From positions 186,001 through 250,000 of the IMG/VR virus record IMGVR_UViG_3300012277_000001: 64,000 bases of DNA. One strand, given 5' to 3'. The position numbers and the translations under genes are program-made. The stretch's first letter is position 1; each line of letters starts with the position of its first letter. This stretch comes from an uncultured virus (IMG/VR IMGVR_UViG_3300012277_000001). Taxonomy: Duplodnaviria; Heunggongvirae; Uroviricota; Caudoviricetes. Shown here one piece after another: positions 26,270-35,536 of this stretch. The notes under the pieces are model-generated. The model did not search any database, was not told the DNA's origin, and saw only the letters and a list, made by a program, of their open reading frames with translations.

Positions 26270-27064
26270 ATGGCGATTAAAAAAGGTTCCGGTGTGAAAG
26301 TGCGCACCGTGCGCGGTGGCAACGACGATGACGACGGGATCGTGATTGACACGAAAGGACGGCCCCGCAATTCCAATCTGGATGAAGGGCGCGGCCCCGG
26401 CATCAAGAAAAAGAAAAAGCTGAAACCGAAGGAAAAAGAAGCGGTCGTTATCGAAGACAAGAAATACAAGGCTGGCCAAGATCCAGTCAAAAAGAAGAAA
26501 AAGAAACCGCTTGAAGGTGAATTGCTGCCTGCCAAATCGTCTGGTAAAGAACTGGCCACGGTCAGTGCTGGCCCTGCTGCGCTGAAGAAAAAAGCGAAGG
26601 GTAAGCATGACGTGATGCAGGCTGTTGAGGAATACGTGCAATTGCCGCAACCCGTCGATGAATTCGACGCGGAAACCCGGCGTATTTTCGAACAGTTGGT
26701 CCGAACTGCTGGCCGACTGGAAGAGCAGATGGAAGAACGCATTTACAACAAAGACGTTTATGCGCTCAACACCATCTATTCGCAGATTCGTGAAGTGATC
26801 GCAGACCTTCGGGCAACCCGCGACATTTCTGCACAGATTTCCGAACTGGAAGCTGTGGTGCTGCGTCCATATCAGCAGATTGTGGCGCAGGGCTTTACCG
26901 ACATGTATTTCCACATGATGGGGGCCATTACCAAGTTCGTGAAAGACGATGACGTTCGCGCCGAACTGGAAAAGAAAATGAAAAACACTTTGGGTGAGGT
27001 TGCGGAAACCGTGACTGAAGAATATCCAAAGGCGTTGGATCGCATGAGGAAGGTTCTGCTATGA
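26270..27064 (+). CDS. Poly-Lys N-terminal, helical C-terminal protein (possible terminase small subunit or DNA-binding protein)
   Basis: KKKKK tracts; coiled-coil C-terminus; adjacent HNH gene. Confidence 0.45.
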   Translation: MAIKKGSGVKVRTVRGGNDDDDGIVIDTKGRPRNSNLDEGRGPGIKKKKKLKPKEKEAVVIEDKKYKAGQDPVKKKKKKPLEGELLPAKSSGKELATVSAGPAALKKKAKGKHDVMQAVEEYVQLPQPVDEFDAETRRIFEQLVRTAGRLEEQMEERIYNKDVYALNTIYSQIREVIADLRATRDISAQISELEAVVLRPYQQIVAQGFTDMYFHMMGAITKFVKDDDVRAELEKKMKNTLGEVAETVTEEYPKALDRMRKVLL

Positions 27065-27426
27065 GTTTGAGGCCGAAACGCGTTGCGCCCAAGAAAGTCA
27101 AAAGCGTTATTTCTGGTCCCGGCAAAGCGAAAGTTGTGGCTAAGGTACGCCGCGATTCCAGCAAGGTTTACGGCGACCGCTCGGCGTGGATGGCTGTACG
27201 TGAACGTGTACTGAAACGTGACGGCTACAAATGCACGAAATGCCCAAGCACCGAATACCTTCAGGTCGATCACATTCGCCCCGTTGCGCAAGGTGGCCAA
27301 ACGGTGATGCAGAACTTACGGACCCTGTGCGCAGATTGCCACGCGGGTCAACACAGTTCGCGCCATTCCAAACATTTGATTCTTTCGAAGAAGAAAAAAG
27401 ATGCCGAGCATGCCAGCCGACGTTGA
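27061..27426 (+). CDS. HNH endonuclease
   Basis: VLKRDGYKCTKC...VDHIRPVAQGG...NLRTLCADCH. Confidence 0.92.
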   Translation: MSLRPKRVAPKKVKSVISGPGKAKVVAKVRRDSSKVYGDRSAWMAVRERVLKRDGYKCTKCPSTEYLQVDHIRPVAQGGQTVMQNLRTLCADCHAGQHSSRHSKHLILSKKKKDAEHASRR

Positions 27427-28087
27427 TTCGGCCTACGCCGGATCGTGGGAAGCGTTTTTGGAATTGCCTGAAACGAAAAGCCTGAATCCAGTAGTTCGGG
27501 AAGAGGCTTTTCGCATCCTGTTGCGGCAGGCTGGCACAAAAATCAAAACGCTGAAAAAATTGCAGGATTTCTTTACTGTAAATAAACTGTATGCCGAGTT
27601 TAACAAGACGTTGAATTCGAAGTTCCTTTTGACCCATATGAAACCCGAACGACACAGTTTCGAAATCGTTTTTACCGACGCTGACGAACTGGTAAACGTC
27701 GTGCACGGTTTTAAGGTGGTGGGTCAAGTAAAAATGAAACCGCAACGCTTTGACCTCGATTACTTGATTGCCCGTATGGTTCAAGTAAAAGTGCTGAAGG
27801 AATTTCCGGATGCGCTGAAGGTCAGTTCACGCAAGGTGATGCGGGACGGCAAGCAGGTGACGATTAAAACAGACCGGTGCCCTGCCAAGATTTTGCAGTT
27901 GAAACCTTGGCAGGAAGTAACTGTGGTAATCAACAGCAAATTCCGTGTGACCATTGCGCGCCTGAAGGGTGGTGTTCTGGCCATGAAGTATGAGGTTTAT
28001 TTCCACACTGAAATTCCGTTCTACCAAGACCTAGAAAAACAACTCCTTGCCGTCTGGCGTAGGGCATCAATTGGAGACTTGCAATGA
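27401..28087 (+). CDS. Hypothetical protein
   Basis: 228-aa ORF. Confidence 0.6.
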   Translation: MPSMPADVDSAYAGSWEAFLELPETKSLNPVVREEAFRILLRQAGTKIKTLKKLQDFFTVNKLYAEFNKTLNSKFLLTHMKPERHSFEIVFTDADELVNVVHGFKVVGQVKMKPQRFDLDYLIARMVQVKVLKEFPDALKVSSRKVMRDGKQVTIKTDRCPAKILQLKPWQEVTVVINSKFRVTIARLKGGVLAMKYEVYFHTEIPFYQDLEKQLLAVWRRASIGDLQ

Positions 28088-28500
28088 GCATCGTAACTGC
28101 GCTGGATGGTATTGATTCCATTCTGGCCATCATCAAAAAGGGCGACGCTACGCCCGACAAAAAAATCGAAGCGATTCTCGGTTTGGCCGAAGTCGTGCGC
28201 AATGACATTCAGGATTTGGCCGACAATTCGTATTCGAATTATGTCGAAGAACTGCCGCCAATCACCTTCGATATGCAGCAGGCAGTAACCGATTTCCTGA
28301 CAGCATTTCGTAAGGAGGAATACAACAACCTGTATTACTACTACGAATTGCCAATCTTTGCCGACGAAAAAGATCCGCACGTACGCATGGCCATTGCGAG
28401 CGCGCTGGTCAAATTGGCAACCGAACTGAAGCGGAAACCGAATCCCGATTGGGCTTTCCTCATTCAAACTGAAGGCGTAATTCCCGAGGCCAACGAATGA
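28084..28500 (+). CDS. Hypothetical protein
   Basis: GGAG RBS; ATGA overlaps. Confidence 0.6.
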   Translation: MSIVTALDGIDSILAIIKKGDATPDKKIEAILGLAEVVRNDIQDLADNSYSNYVEELPPITFDMQQAVTDFLTAFRKEEYNNLYYYYELPIFADEKDPHVRMAIASALVKLATELKRKPNPDWAFLIQTEGVIPEANE

Positions 28501-31500
28501 AACGATTGAACTGGAACGAAACCCCGTTGGCGGGCGCCCTGCGCGAACGTCGCCAACAACACGAAGCAGCTGCTGCCCTCGACGCTTACGCTGCCCTCGC
28601 CCGTGACAATGGCGGTGACGACGAAGATGACGACGGCGATGATTCGTCGGAATTCGTTAAGTCGATCCGGACTATTTCGCTGGAGCCTGCACGTAACGCG
28701 GAATATGAAGCGTTTTTCTACCCGAAAAAAGAACGTAACTTCCTCGTTCCGATTCTGGAATCGCTGTCCGACGTAACGGCAAACATCAACATGTTTTTCC
28801 GTTTCATGCGTCTGGTCATGGCACGCGCCAACAGCCTGTCGGATTCGACCCCGGAACAAATCGAAGCCATCATTTCTTCGATCCACGTTCAAGTTTTCCA
28901 ATCGAAGCGTACCCAAGGTTCGATTGAACAGGACGTGGTGAATTTCATCCGTGCTTCGCGTCGTACTGCCCACACCTTCCACAACGTGTACCGCTCCAAG
29001 CGCTACAACGAAGGTCTGGACGTGGTGCTCATGGGTGCAGGTGCCGACCCTGAGAAAGACGGGCTGCCCGCCCCTTACTTCGGTGTGGAAGATTCGAACA
29101 TTGGTCGTTCGGAATATCTGCTGGAAGATAACCAGCATCCCCTTACACAGCACCGCCGTTCCGGTACGTGGCAATCGCCAATCGGTGAAAAGATTCTGGC
29201 GGCTGCGCGTGAAATCCACATGTTCCTTTTCGGTACTCTCGCAGTTTCCGAGCGGATGATTCACCGTGGCATTCCGCTGAAAACCAAGTTCTCCGATATC
29301 GAACGTATCTGGACCAAGAACACTGGCATCAAACTGCCGACCGCTGGTGAAATCGTCACCGACATGGTTGTGTCCAACCCGTTCGCCGAACAATTCCTGC
29401 AAATCGAAGTTATCAAACAGCCTTCGCGTCGTACCAAAACGGTAACGGAAAACGCACGTAAGGCGAACAAAGATAACACCACCATGCAGAACCGCTACGG
29501 TTATGCTAATGGTGAGGTTCTGTCGCCAACCGCGATGAACCAACGCATCGAAGAAATGCTGAACGGCGAAAACGCCAAAACCGCACCAGAAGCAGAACTG
29601 CTGAACGTTACTCTGCGTTCTTCGATTCGCTTTACGCTGGAATCGGATATCGCGCATTTCGTTTCGCAGACCCCGGACAACGAACGTCCGAACCTGACCC
29701 GCGCCAACAGCTGGTTCTCGCTGTACATCGCGCAGGTATTGCGTGCGAAAGTTTCGGGCACTGGTAAGGCCTACCGTGTGTCGAACACCGCAGCGATCAA
29801 GATGGAGCACATCCCACGTTACGCCACTTCGGCCACTACGCTGAAAAGAATTCCGGCGTTGCGTGAACAGTGTGGTTACGTGGTGGAGCGTACCAAAGGC
29901 AACGCGGAAAACATGTTCATCACGCCGCAAGGCACCATGTCCGTACGCCCTTCGGTTGACGTTCTGCAAAAAACTACCATCGCGGAAGATTTCGAACGCA
30001 CTTCGGAAGAATTGCTGGAACTGCTTAGCCGCCACTCGATTCCTCTCGCAAAATTCCAAATGGATTCGCAGCCGGAAACGTGGCCGTGGGTTGATTCTAC
30101 CGATTTGGAGCGGATGCAGCAGCTGGTTCTGGAACTGCAAGATTATGACGGCTGTTCCCTCGGTTTCGACTGGGACTTCGGCGTCAACATTCGTGCAACC
30201 AGCACTCCGGGCTTGACCCAAACTTCTACCACTGTCGGCGCCGTGCAACCGGACCCGCTGACCATCGCTGACTGGCTCGGTTTCGATCTGGCAAAAGACG
30301 GCGAAAAACCGATGAAGCGTACATTCGCCCAGTCGATGTACACGCTGAATCACCCGGAACATACTGCGTACGCCTACAAGCGTGCAGAAGAAGTTTTCGG
30401 TGCTGCTGCTGACCCGAAACAGTTCGCAAAATCGGGCGTGGTTTCGAACCTCGTAGACCTGTACATTCGTCTGGCCTACGTTGAAAATCTTTCGCCGAAA
30501 CTTCCCGAAGTTCTGAGTGGCGCAATGCGCGCTCTGAATTACGAAAAACTGCCAAGCGAGCCGGGCTTCGACTACGCTCAAGATTACACGAAATTCCTGA
30601 ATCAGGATGGCACCCTCATGCCTCGCGCTGTGGGTTCGATTCGTGGTGTGATCGTTGGCCTGCTGGAAACCGCGCTGGACATGGCGTCGGGTGCACAAGG
30701 TACGCACCTGTGGAATGAAGTTTTCGATTCGCTTCGCACTGGCACCAGCAGCCCGCGTGCATCCGAAGTGAGTATGGAACTCGAAAACCATCCTGACTAT
30801 TTCAACAGCACCATTTCGACCACTGCTGAATTCAACCGCGTCTACAAGTATTTCGGCGGTCAAGTATTCAAGCAAATCCTCGATGCGATCAACGCTGTTC
30901 CAATCGAACACCACGCGAACGCGAAAGCGGGCACGAAGATTGTTGAACTGGGTGAAATGCAGGATTATCCGGGCCGCCAGTACACCATTAGCCTCGACCT
31001 GCAACCGAACGCCACTCTGTATCGCGACGTACTGCCGTTCGCTGTAATGCTCGGTAAATACGCACCAAACCACGAAACCATTTTCGCCGAAGCGCAGGAA
31101 CAGGTTGAGTCCATCCAACCCGATCCGTCGTTTAGCGCGGAAGATATCAAGGTTCCGGGTCTGGTGGATGAAGATCGTGCGATTTTCCCACACCAAGAAT
31201 CGGTGCAAAGTTCGTTGCGGAAAAAGAATCCGCCCGACTTCGCAATTCTGGCACTGGCACCGGGTGGCGGTAAAACTGGCCAAGGCATCATCGACATTGC
31301 GTGCCTGATGAAAGACATGGCAGAAGCCGGGACCGTTGTTCGTCCGCTGGTTATTTGCCCTAACGGCCTGATCAACACGTGGTGCGAAGAACTGCGCTAT
31401 TTCCAAGGCGCAAACTGGAACGCATTTCCGATCAGTTCCGACGTTCTGCAACGTTGGATCAAATCGGTGGGCGAAAAAACCCTGAGCGACTTGGCGAAAG

Positions 31501-34500
31501 GCGCACCGGCCAACACCCTGTTCATCAGTTCGATGACCTTCATCCAAGGTCGTAACACCCGCGTCTGCATCGGCAGCGCGCAGGTAAACTTCTCGCAAAA
31601 CCTTGAGTTGATTCGTCGCCTCGGTTGCAACTACATCGCAATCGACGAATCGCACAACCTGAAGTCGTTCAAATCTGCACGTCACCGCGCCGTTAAGATT
31701 GCAACCTCTTCGACCACTGTTAAGTGGGTGCGTCTGCTGACCGGTACTATCATGCCGGACCGTGCGAAAGATATCGAAGCGCAAATCGCTTTGAAGAAAC
31801 CGCAAGTGTTCCGTGCTGGTGATATCGCCAACATCAAACCGGAAATGGAACCGGAATCGAACGTGGTGAAAATTGGTGATCGTGTGATCACTACCTACAC
31901 CCCGCTCAACGGCAAACGCGCTGTCGATAAACTGGCTCACTACATTTCGTTTATCGTCAAAGATAAAAAAGACTGGGCGTACATGCTACCGTCCGCCATC
32001 GAAAGTTTCCACCCGGTTCCAATGGTGGACTACGACGGCGCCGATGGTACGTCTCCTGCTGAAATCGAACAGCAGAAATTGCACGAACAGCTGTATCGTC
32101 TGGTTCTCGACCGTACGTTGGAAGAAATGGAGCCGCTGCTGCGCCAGAAAGCGATGGCCGAGGCAATGGCGGAAAAATCCAGCAATTCCGATGACGACTC
32201 CGACGACGACGATTCCGGTTCTGACCGTTTCGTTGATAACGATTCGGACTTCTCCGGTGAGGCTATTGCGCAGGCGCTGTGGGAGAAAAACATTGCACGT
32301 TTCGAGCGGCTGATTATCTGCCCGCAGGAAGACGAAGCGTACAAAGAAGTGTTCGGCGATATGGGCGAAGGTTTCATTTCGCGTAAAGCCAAATACATTG
32401 CGAATCTCGCGGCTCGCCACTTCAACCCGGCTAAATGGTCCCGTGGCACACGCTACATCGAACTCGACCTCGTTGATTTCGAAGGCCAGCTGTACGTCGC
32501 ACGCAAATACGACAAGGGCGAAACTCGCGTTTCACTGCCCGATACCGTGATGGGGAAAACCCCGCTTGAGGCCCCGGAATACTGGAAGCCAGAACCGAAA
32601 GGCAAGCTGATCATCATCACGCGTTACAACGCATCGGCCCGTGCCATTTACGACGCGCTGCCTCCGACCTATCGCGGCATGGCCGTGAAGTTCACAGGCG
32701 ACGAACCGGATCGCGTTAAAGCGTTTAACGAGTTCAAAACCAACGACCGTATCCAAATTCTGATCGCGAATGAACAGGGCATGTCCGAAGGCCACAACCT
32801 TCAATTGGCATCCCGCATGATTCGCGCTGAAGCCCCTTGGGGTCCGGGTGCGCTGGCGCAAACCGCTGCCCGTATCTGGCGACCAGATGCGAAAGGCGCA
32901 ATTGCTGCTGCGAAGGGCGAAGGTGGTCTGACTCGCGACGTGGTTTATCTCGATTGGGTACTGGCGGATAACACGATGGAAGTGCCAAAACTGGCACGTG
33001 TTATTTCGAAAACTTTCGGCGTTGCACGCATCACCGAAGCATCGAACCCGCTTTACAAAGAACTGTTGAGCAGTGTTGCAGTTCCGACCGAAAAAGAGGA
33101 CCGCCGTCTCGCATTGAGCGTAGACATGCTGGCTTCGACTGCCGGTCTGGACGACGAACCGTTCAACCAAATGGAAGACGCGTATCGCCGCCTTAACGCC
33201 GTGGAATCGAAAGAGTTCGCAGAAATGCGTGCGACTTTGAAGGCGGAAATGCTGCCAATTGAAGCAGCGCCAAACGTGCCGGGTTCTGCCCGCATGGAAA
33301 TGGTGCCGTTCGTGGCCAACCAGCCTATTCCTGACCCGAATAAGTGGGGCCTGACCAACGTCGAAGTGTTCTTGCGTGATCCGGAAGTCATGAAAAACTT
33401 CCGTGATGAACTGCGCACTAAACCGGTTGTTACCGAATGGGGCACCGGTCGAATCGTTGGCTTCAACACGCGTAATAACCAACTGTCGAGCCTGATCGTT
33501 AACTTGAAAAATCCTCCGGCTGGCATGCCTAGCCGCGTGACGGTTCAAGTGAACATGGCATACATCGCGACGAAAAATATTACCCCGGATCAGGAAGCGC
33601 GTTTCTTCGACGTGAACTTGGCGGGCACCGCAACCGATGAAAAGCGTGACGCTGCACGGCAGAAACGTTTGGAAGAGGAACAGCGTCGCCAGCAGGAACA
33701 GGAAGAGAAAGAAGAACGCATTCGGAAGAAACAAGAAACCGAACGTCTCCGGGTTATCAAGAAAGAAACCTCCGATGGGAAGAAACGGGAAGACAACGAG
33801 AAAAAAGGTCGCCCGCTCAACGAAGGGATTTACAACACTGGCGGTACGGTCAAGATTGGTGGTGGGAAGAAACTCAAGCCTACCGACAAACCGGGCGTCG
33901 GCGTGATGGTAGAACAGGAAGATTTCAAAGACGAAGACGAAGTGATCCAAGATCACGAAGTTTCTCTCTACCCTGCCTACTACCACGGTTTCGCAGTGCT
34001 TGACGCGCAGGGTTCGGATGGCATCGACCTGAAGAAATTTGGGTTCCAGTTCACCCCGGCGTATGCGTACATCCAAGTCAACAACAAGAAGAAATTCCAC
34101 GCGATTTACGATTGGTTCTACGACACCTTCGAGGTGGATCAGAAAATCAACGACATGTTCATGGCCATCAACAGCGCGTTTGATGAAGGCCAGAAGAACA
34201 CGCACAAATTGTGGTATCGCTTGGAATTGGCACCGGTTTCCGAACTGCCTGCGTTCTTCAGTGTCCAGAAGCGCGTAAGCAAGAACCGCCGTGCTGTTCG
34301 GGTATTCCCGATCTTCACCGAAGAAACCGTAATGCTCTGCGTGGATATCCGCACCAACCCCGGTATCATTCCACACATCGGCAAGCCTATTCCGGGTGCT
34401 GGTGCGAAGTGGCTGAAGTCGGATGGTGAGTGGATGTACTTCGGTAAAAATAAAACCGACCTGAAAAACAAGATTGCTGAAGTCGCTCGCAGTGTTACTG

Positions 34501-34565
34501 TCGAGAACAAAGACGAAGCACTCAAGGATCTGGCCGGTATCAACTTCAAATACAAAACCCGCTAA
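28497..34565 (+). CDS. Giant SNF2/SF2-family helicase-like protein (2022 aa)
   Basis: FPHQ Q-motif, LAPGGGKT, IDESH, LLTGT, SEGHNLQ, QTAARIWR. Confidence 0.85.
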   Translation: MKRLNWNETPLAGALRERRQQHEAAAALDAYAALARDNGGDDEDDDGDDSSEFVKSIRTISLEPARNAEYEAFFYPKKERNFLVPILESLSDVTANINMFFRFMRLVMARANSLSDSTPEQIEAIISSIHVQVFQSKRTQGSIEQDVVNFIRASRRTAHTFHNVYRSKRYNEGLDVVLMGAGADPEKDGLPAPYFGVEDSNIGRSEYLLEDNQHPLTQHRRSGTWQSPIGEKILAAAREIHMFLFGTLAVSERMIHRGIPLKTKFSDIERIWTKNTGIKLPTAGEIVTDMVVSNPFAEQFLQIEVIKQPSRRTKTVTENARKANKDNTTMQNRYGYANGEVLSPTAMNQRIEEMLNGENAKTAPEAELLNVTLRSSIRFTLESDIAHFVSQTPDNERPNLTRANSWFSLYIAQVLRAKVSGTGKAYRVSNTAAIKMEHIPRYATSATTLKRIPALREQCGYVVERTKGNAENMFITPQGTMSVRPSVDVLQKTTIAEDFERTSEELLELLSRHSIPLAKFQMDSQPETWPWVDSTDLERMQQLVLELQDYDGCSLGFDWDFGVNIRATSTPGLTQTSTTVGAVQPDPLTIADWLGFDLAKDGEKPMKRTFAQSMYTLNHPEHTAYAYKRAEEVFGAAADPKQFAKSGVVSNLVDLYIRLAYVENLSPKLPEVLSGAMRALNYEKLPSEPGFDYAQDYTKFLNQDGTLMPRAVGSIRGVIVGLLETALDMASGAQGTHLWNEVFDSLRTGTSSPRASEVSMELENHPDYFNSTISTTAEFNRVYKYFGGQVFKQILDAINAVPIEHHANAKAGTKIVELGEMQDYPGRQYTISLDLQPNATLYRDVLPFAVMLGKYAPNHETIFAEAQEQVESIQPDPSFSAEDIKVPGLVDEDRAIFPHQESVQSSLRKKNPPDFAILALAPGGGKTGQGIIDIACLMKDMAEAGTVVRPLVICPNGLINTWCEELRYFQGANWNAFPISSDVLQRWIKSVGEKTLSDLAKGAPANTLFISSMTFIQGRNTRVCIGSAQVNFSQNLELIRRLGCNYIAIDESHNLKSFKSARHRAVKIATSSTTVKWVRLLTGTIMPDRAKDIEAQIALKKPQVFRAGDIANIKPEMEPESNVVKIGDRVITTYTPLNGKRAVDKLAHYISFIVKDKKDWAYMLPSAIESFHPVPMVDYDGADGTSPAEIEQQKLHEQLYRLVLDRTLEEMEPLLRQKAMAEAMAEKSSNSDDDSDDDDSGSDRFVDNDSDFSGEAIAQALWEKNIARFERLIICPQEDEAYKEVFGDMGEGFISRKAKYIANLAARHFNPAKWSRGTRYIELDLVDFEGQLYVARKYDKGETRVSLPDTVMGKTPLEAPEYWKPEPKGKLIIITRYNASARAIYDALPPTYRGMAVKFTGDEPDRVKAFNEFKTNDRIQILIANEQGMSEGHNLQLASRMIRAEAPWGPGALAQTAARIWRPDAKGAIAAAKGEGGLTRDVVYLDWVLADNTMEVPKLARVISKTFGVARITEASNPLYKELLSSVAVPTEKEDRRLALSVDMLASTAGLDDEPFNQMEDAYRRLNAVESKEFAEMRATLKAEMLPIEAAPNVPGSARMEMVPFVANQPIPDPNKWGLTNVEVFLRDPEVMKNFRDELRTKPVVTEWGTGRIVGFNTRNNQLSSLIVNLKNPPAGMPSRVTVQVNMAYIATKNITPDQEARFFDVNLAGTATDEKRDAARQKRLEEEQRRQQEQEEKEERIRKKQETERLRVIKKETSDGKKREDNEKKGRPLNEGIYNTGGTVKIGGGKKLKPTDKPGVGVMVEQEDFKDEDEVIQDHEVSLYPAYYHGFAVLDAQGSDGIDLKKFGFQFTPAYAYIQVNNKKKFHAIYDWFYDTFEVDQKINDMFMAINSAFDEGQKNTHKLWYRLELAPVSELPAFFSVQKRVSKNRRAVRVFPIFTEETVMLCVDIRTNPGIIPHIGKPIPGAGAKWLKSDGEWMYFGKNKTDLKNKIAEVARSVTVENKDEALKDLAGINFKYKTR

Positions 34566-34608
34566 TGTGTAAGGGGCCAAGGAAGGCCCCAATTAGCTAG
34601 GAGGAAAA

Positions 34609-34974
34609 ATGCAAACCAACAAAATGGAACTCATGTCGCAACAGGTGGTGTTGGCGTTCCTCGGTTTTTACCGTGGGGCAATCGACGGCATCTGGTCTGA
34701 TGCAACCATGAAAGCGAAGCGGGAATTCGAGGCCCACGATTCGTACGTGCCGGGCATCCCCAGCTACGGCATGCCGTTCGCGTTGCTGGACAAGTTGCCG
34801 AAGGGCCTGAAGTGGGAAAAGAAACTCCTGACCCACAAAGACCTGACGCCGGAAAAAGCAGCGGAAATTCTGCGTACTCGCACCCGCGCCGCCACGCCTG
34901 CACCTGTCGTCGAAACTCCTGTGGAAGAGGAACTGGACGAAGAGGATTATTCCGATGACGATGCACAAGAGTGA
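34609..34974 (+). CDS. Peptidoglycan-binding (PG_binding_1-like) domain protein
   Basis: QVVLAFLGFYRGAIDGIWSDATMKAKREFE; GGAGG RBS. Confidence 0.7.
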   Translation: MQTNKMELMSQQVVLAFLGFYRGAIDGIWSDATMKAKREFEAHDSYVPGIPSYGMPFALLDKLPKGLKWEKKLLTHKDLTPEKAAEILRTRTRAATPAPVVETPVEEELDEEDYSDDDAQE

Positions 34975-35440
34975 CGTAGCACTTCACTACGCTTACATCA
35001 AAGGCAACGACACGCACTATCGGATTTTGACCACGAACTTTCCGCAACTGATCGCTGGTCATGAAACGTCCGATCTTTTTGGTTTCTTCGGCCTCGGCTC
35101 TGGTGAATACTGGGGTCCGCGAATCGAGGGACTGGAAGAAGGCGTGTCGGTCGTGGAATTACCCGACACCGAAGGCGCGCTGATGATGTGGCGTGAAAGT
35201 CCGCGCTTCATTGGTTTCATCGACGCGGCACCGCAGCACAAACCTGTGGTAATTCTGAAAGGCGGCGACAAGTCGATTTATGAATTGCCGATCAACTGGG
35301 AAGTCTACACGCAGCTTGGCGACAAGCTGTTGGCGACCGACACGTTGCGCACCATGAGTCGCCGCTGGGCATGCTACCCGACGCCTGCCGAATACGACTC
35401 CCGACTGTCCGATATTCTCCGGATGGTCAAATTGTTTTGA
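34955..35440 (+). CDS. Hypothetical protein
   Basis: 161-aa ORF. Confidence 0.55.
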   Translation: MTMHKSDVALHYAYIKGNDTHYRILTTNFPQLIAGHETSDLFGFFGLGSGEYWGPRIEGLEEGVSVVELPDTEGALMMWRESPRFIGFIDAAPQHKPVVILKGGDKSIYELPINWEVYTQLGDKLLATDTLRTMSRRWACYPTPAEYDSRLSDILRMVKLF

Positions 35441-35444
35441 ACTG

Positions 35445-35477
35445 GCCCCCATTTCCTTTTGGATTTGGGGGCTTTTT
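35445..35477 (+). terminator. Rho-independent terminator
   Basis: GCCCCC...GGGGGC-TTTTT. Confidence 0.7.
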
Positions 35478-35536
35478 CATTGCTGGGAAAACTGTAAATA
35501 ACGTGTAGGTTATCAACCTATGGCGGGCAACATTCT

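Noticed and set aside
34571..34590. GGGGCC...GGCCCC hairpin as an intrinsic terminator
   Set aside because: There is no following T-tract. It may be an RNA-stabilising or processing stem.
28464..34592. Very long minus-strand ORFs (e.g. 1158 aa and 686 aa; also 4790-6769, 50088-52151, 62062-63993)
   Set aside because: They are antisense shadows of strongly codon-biased + strand genes and show no recognisable motifs.
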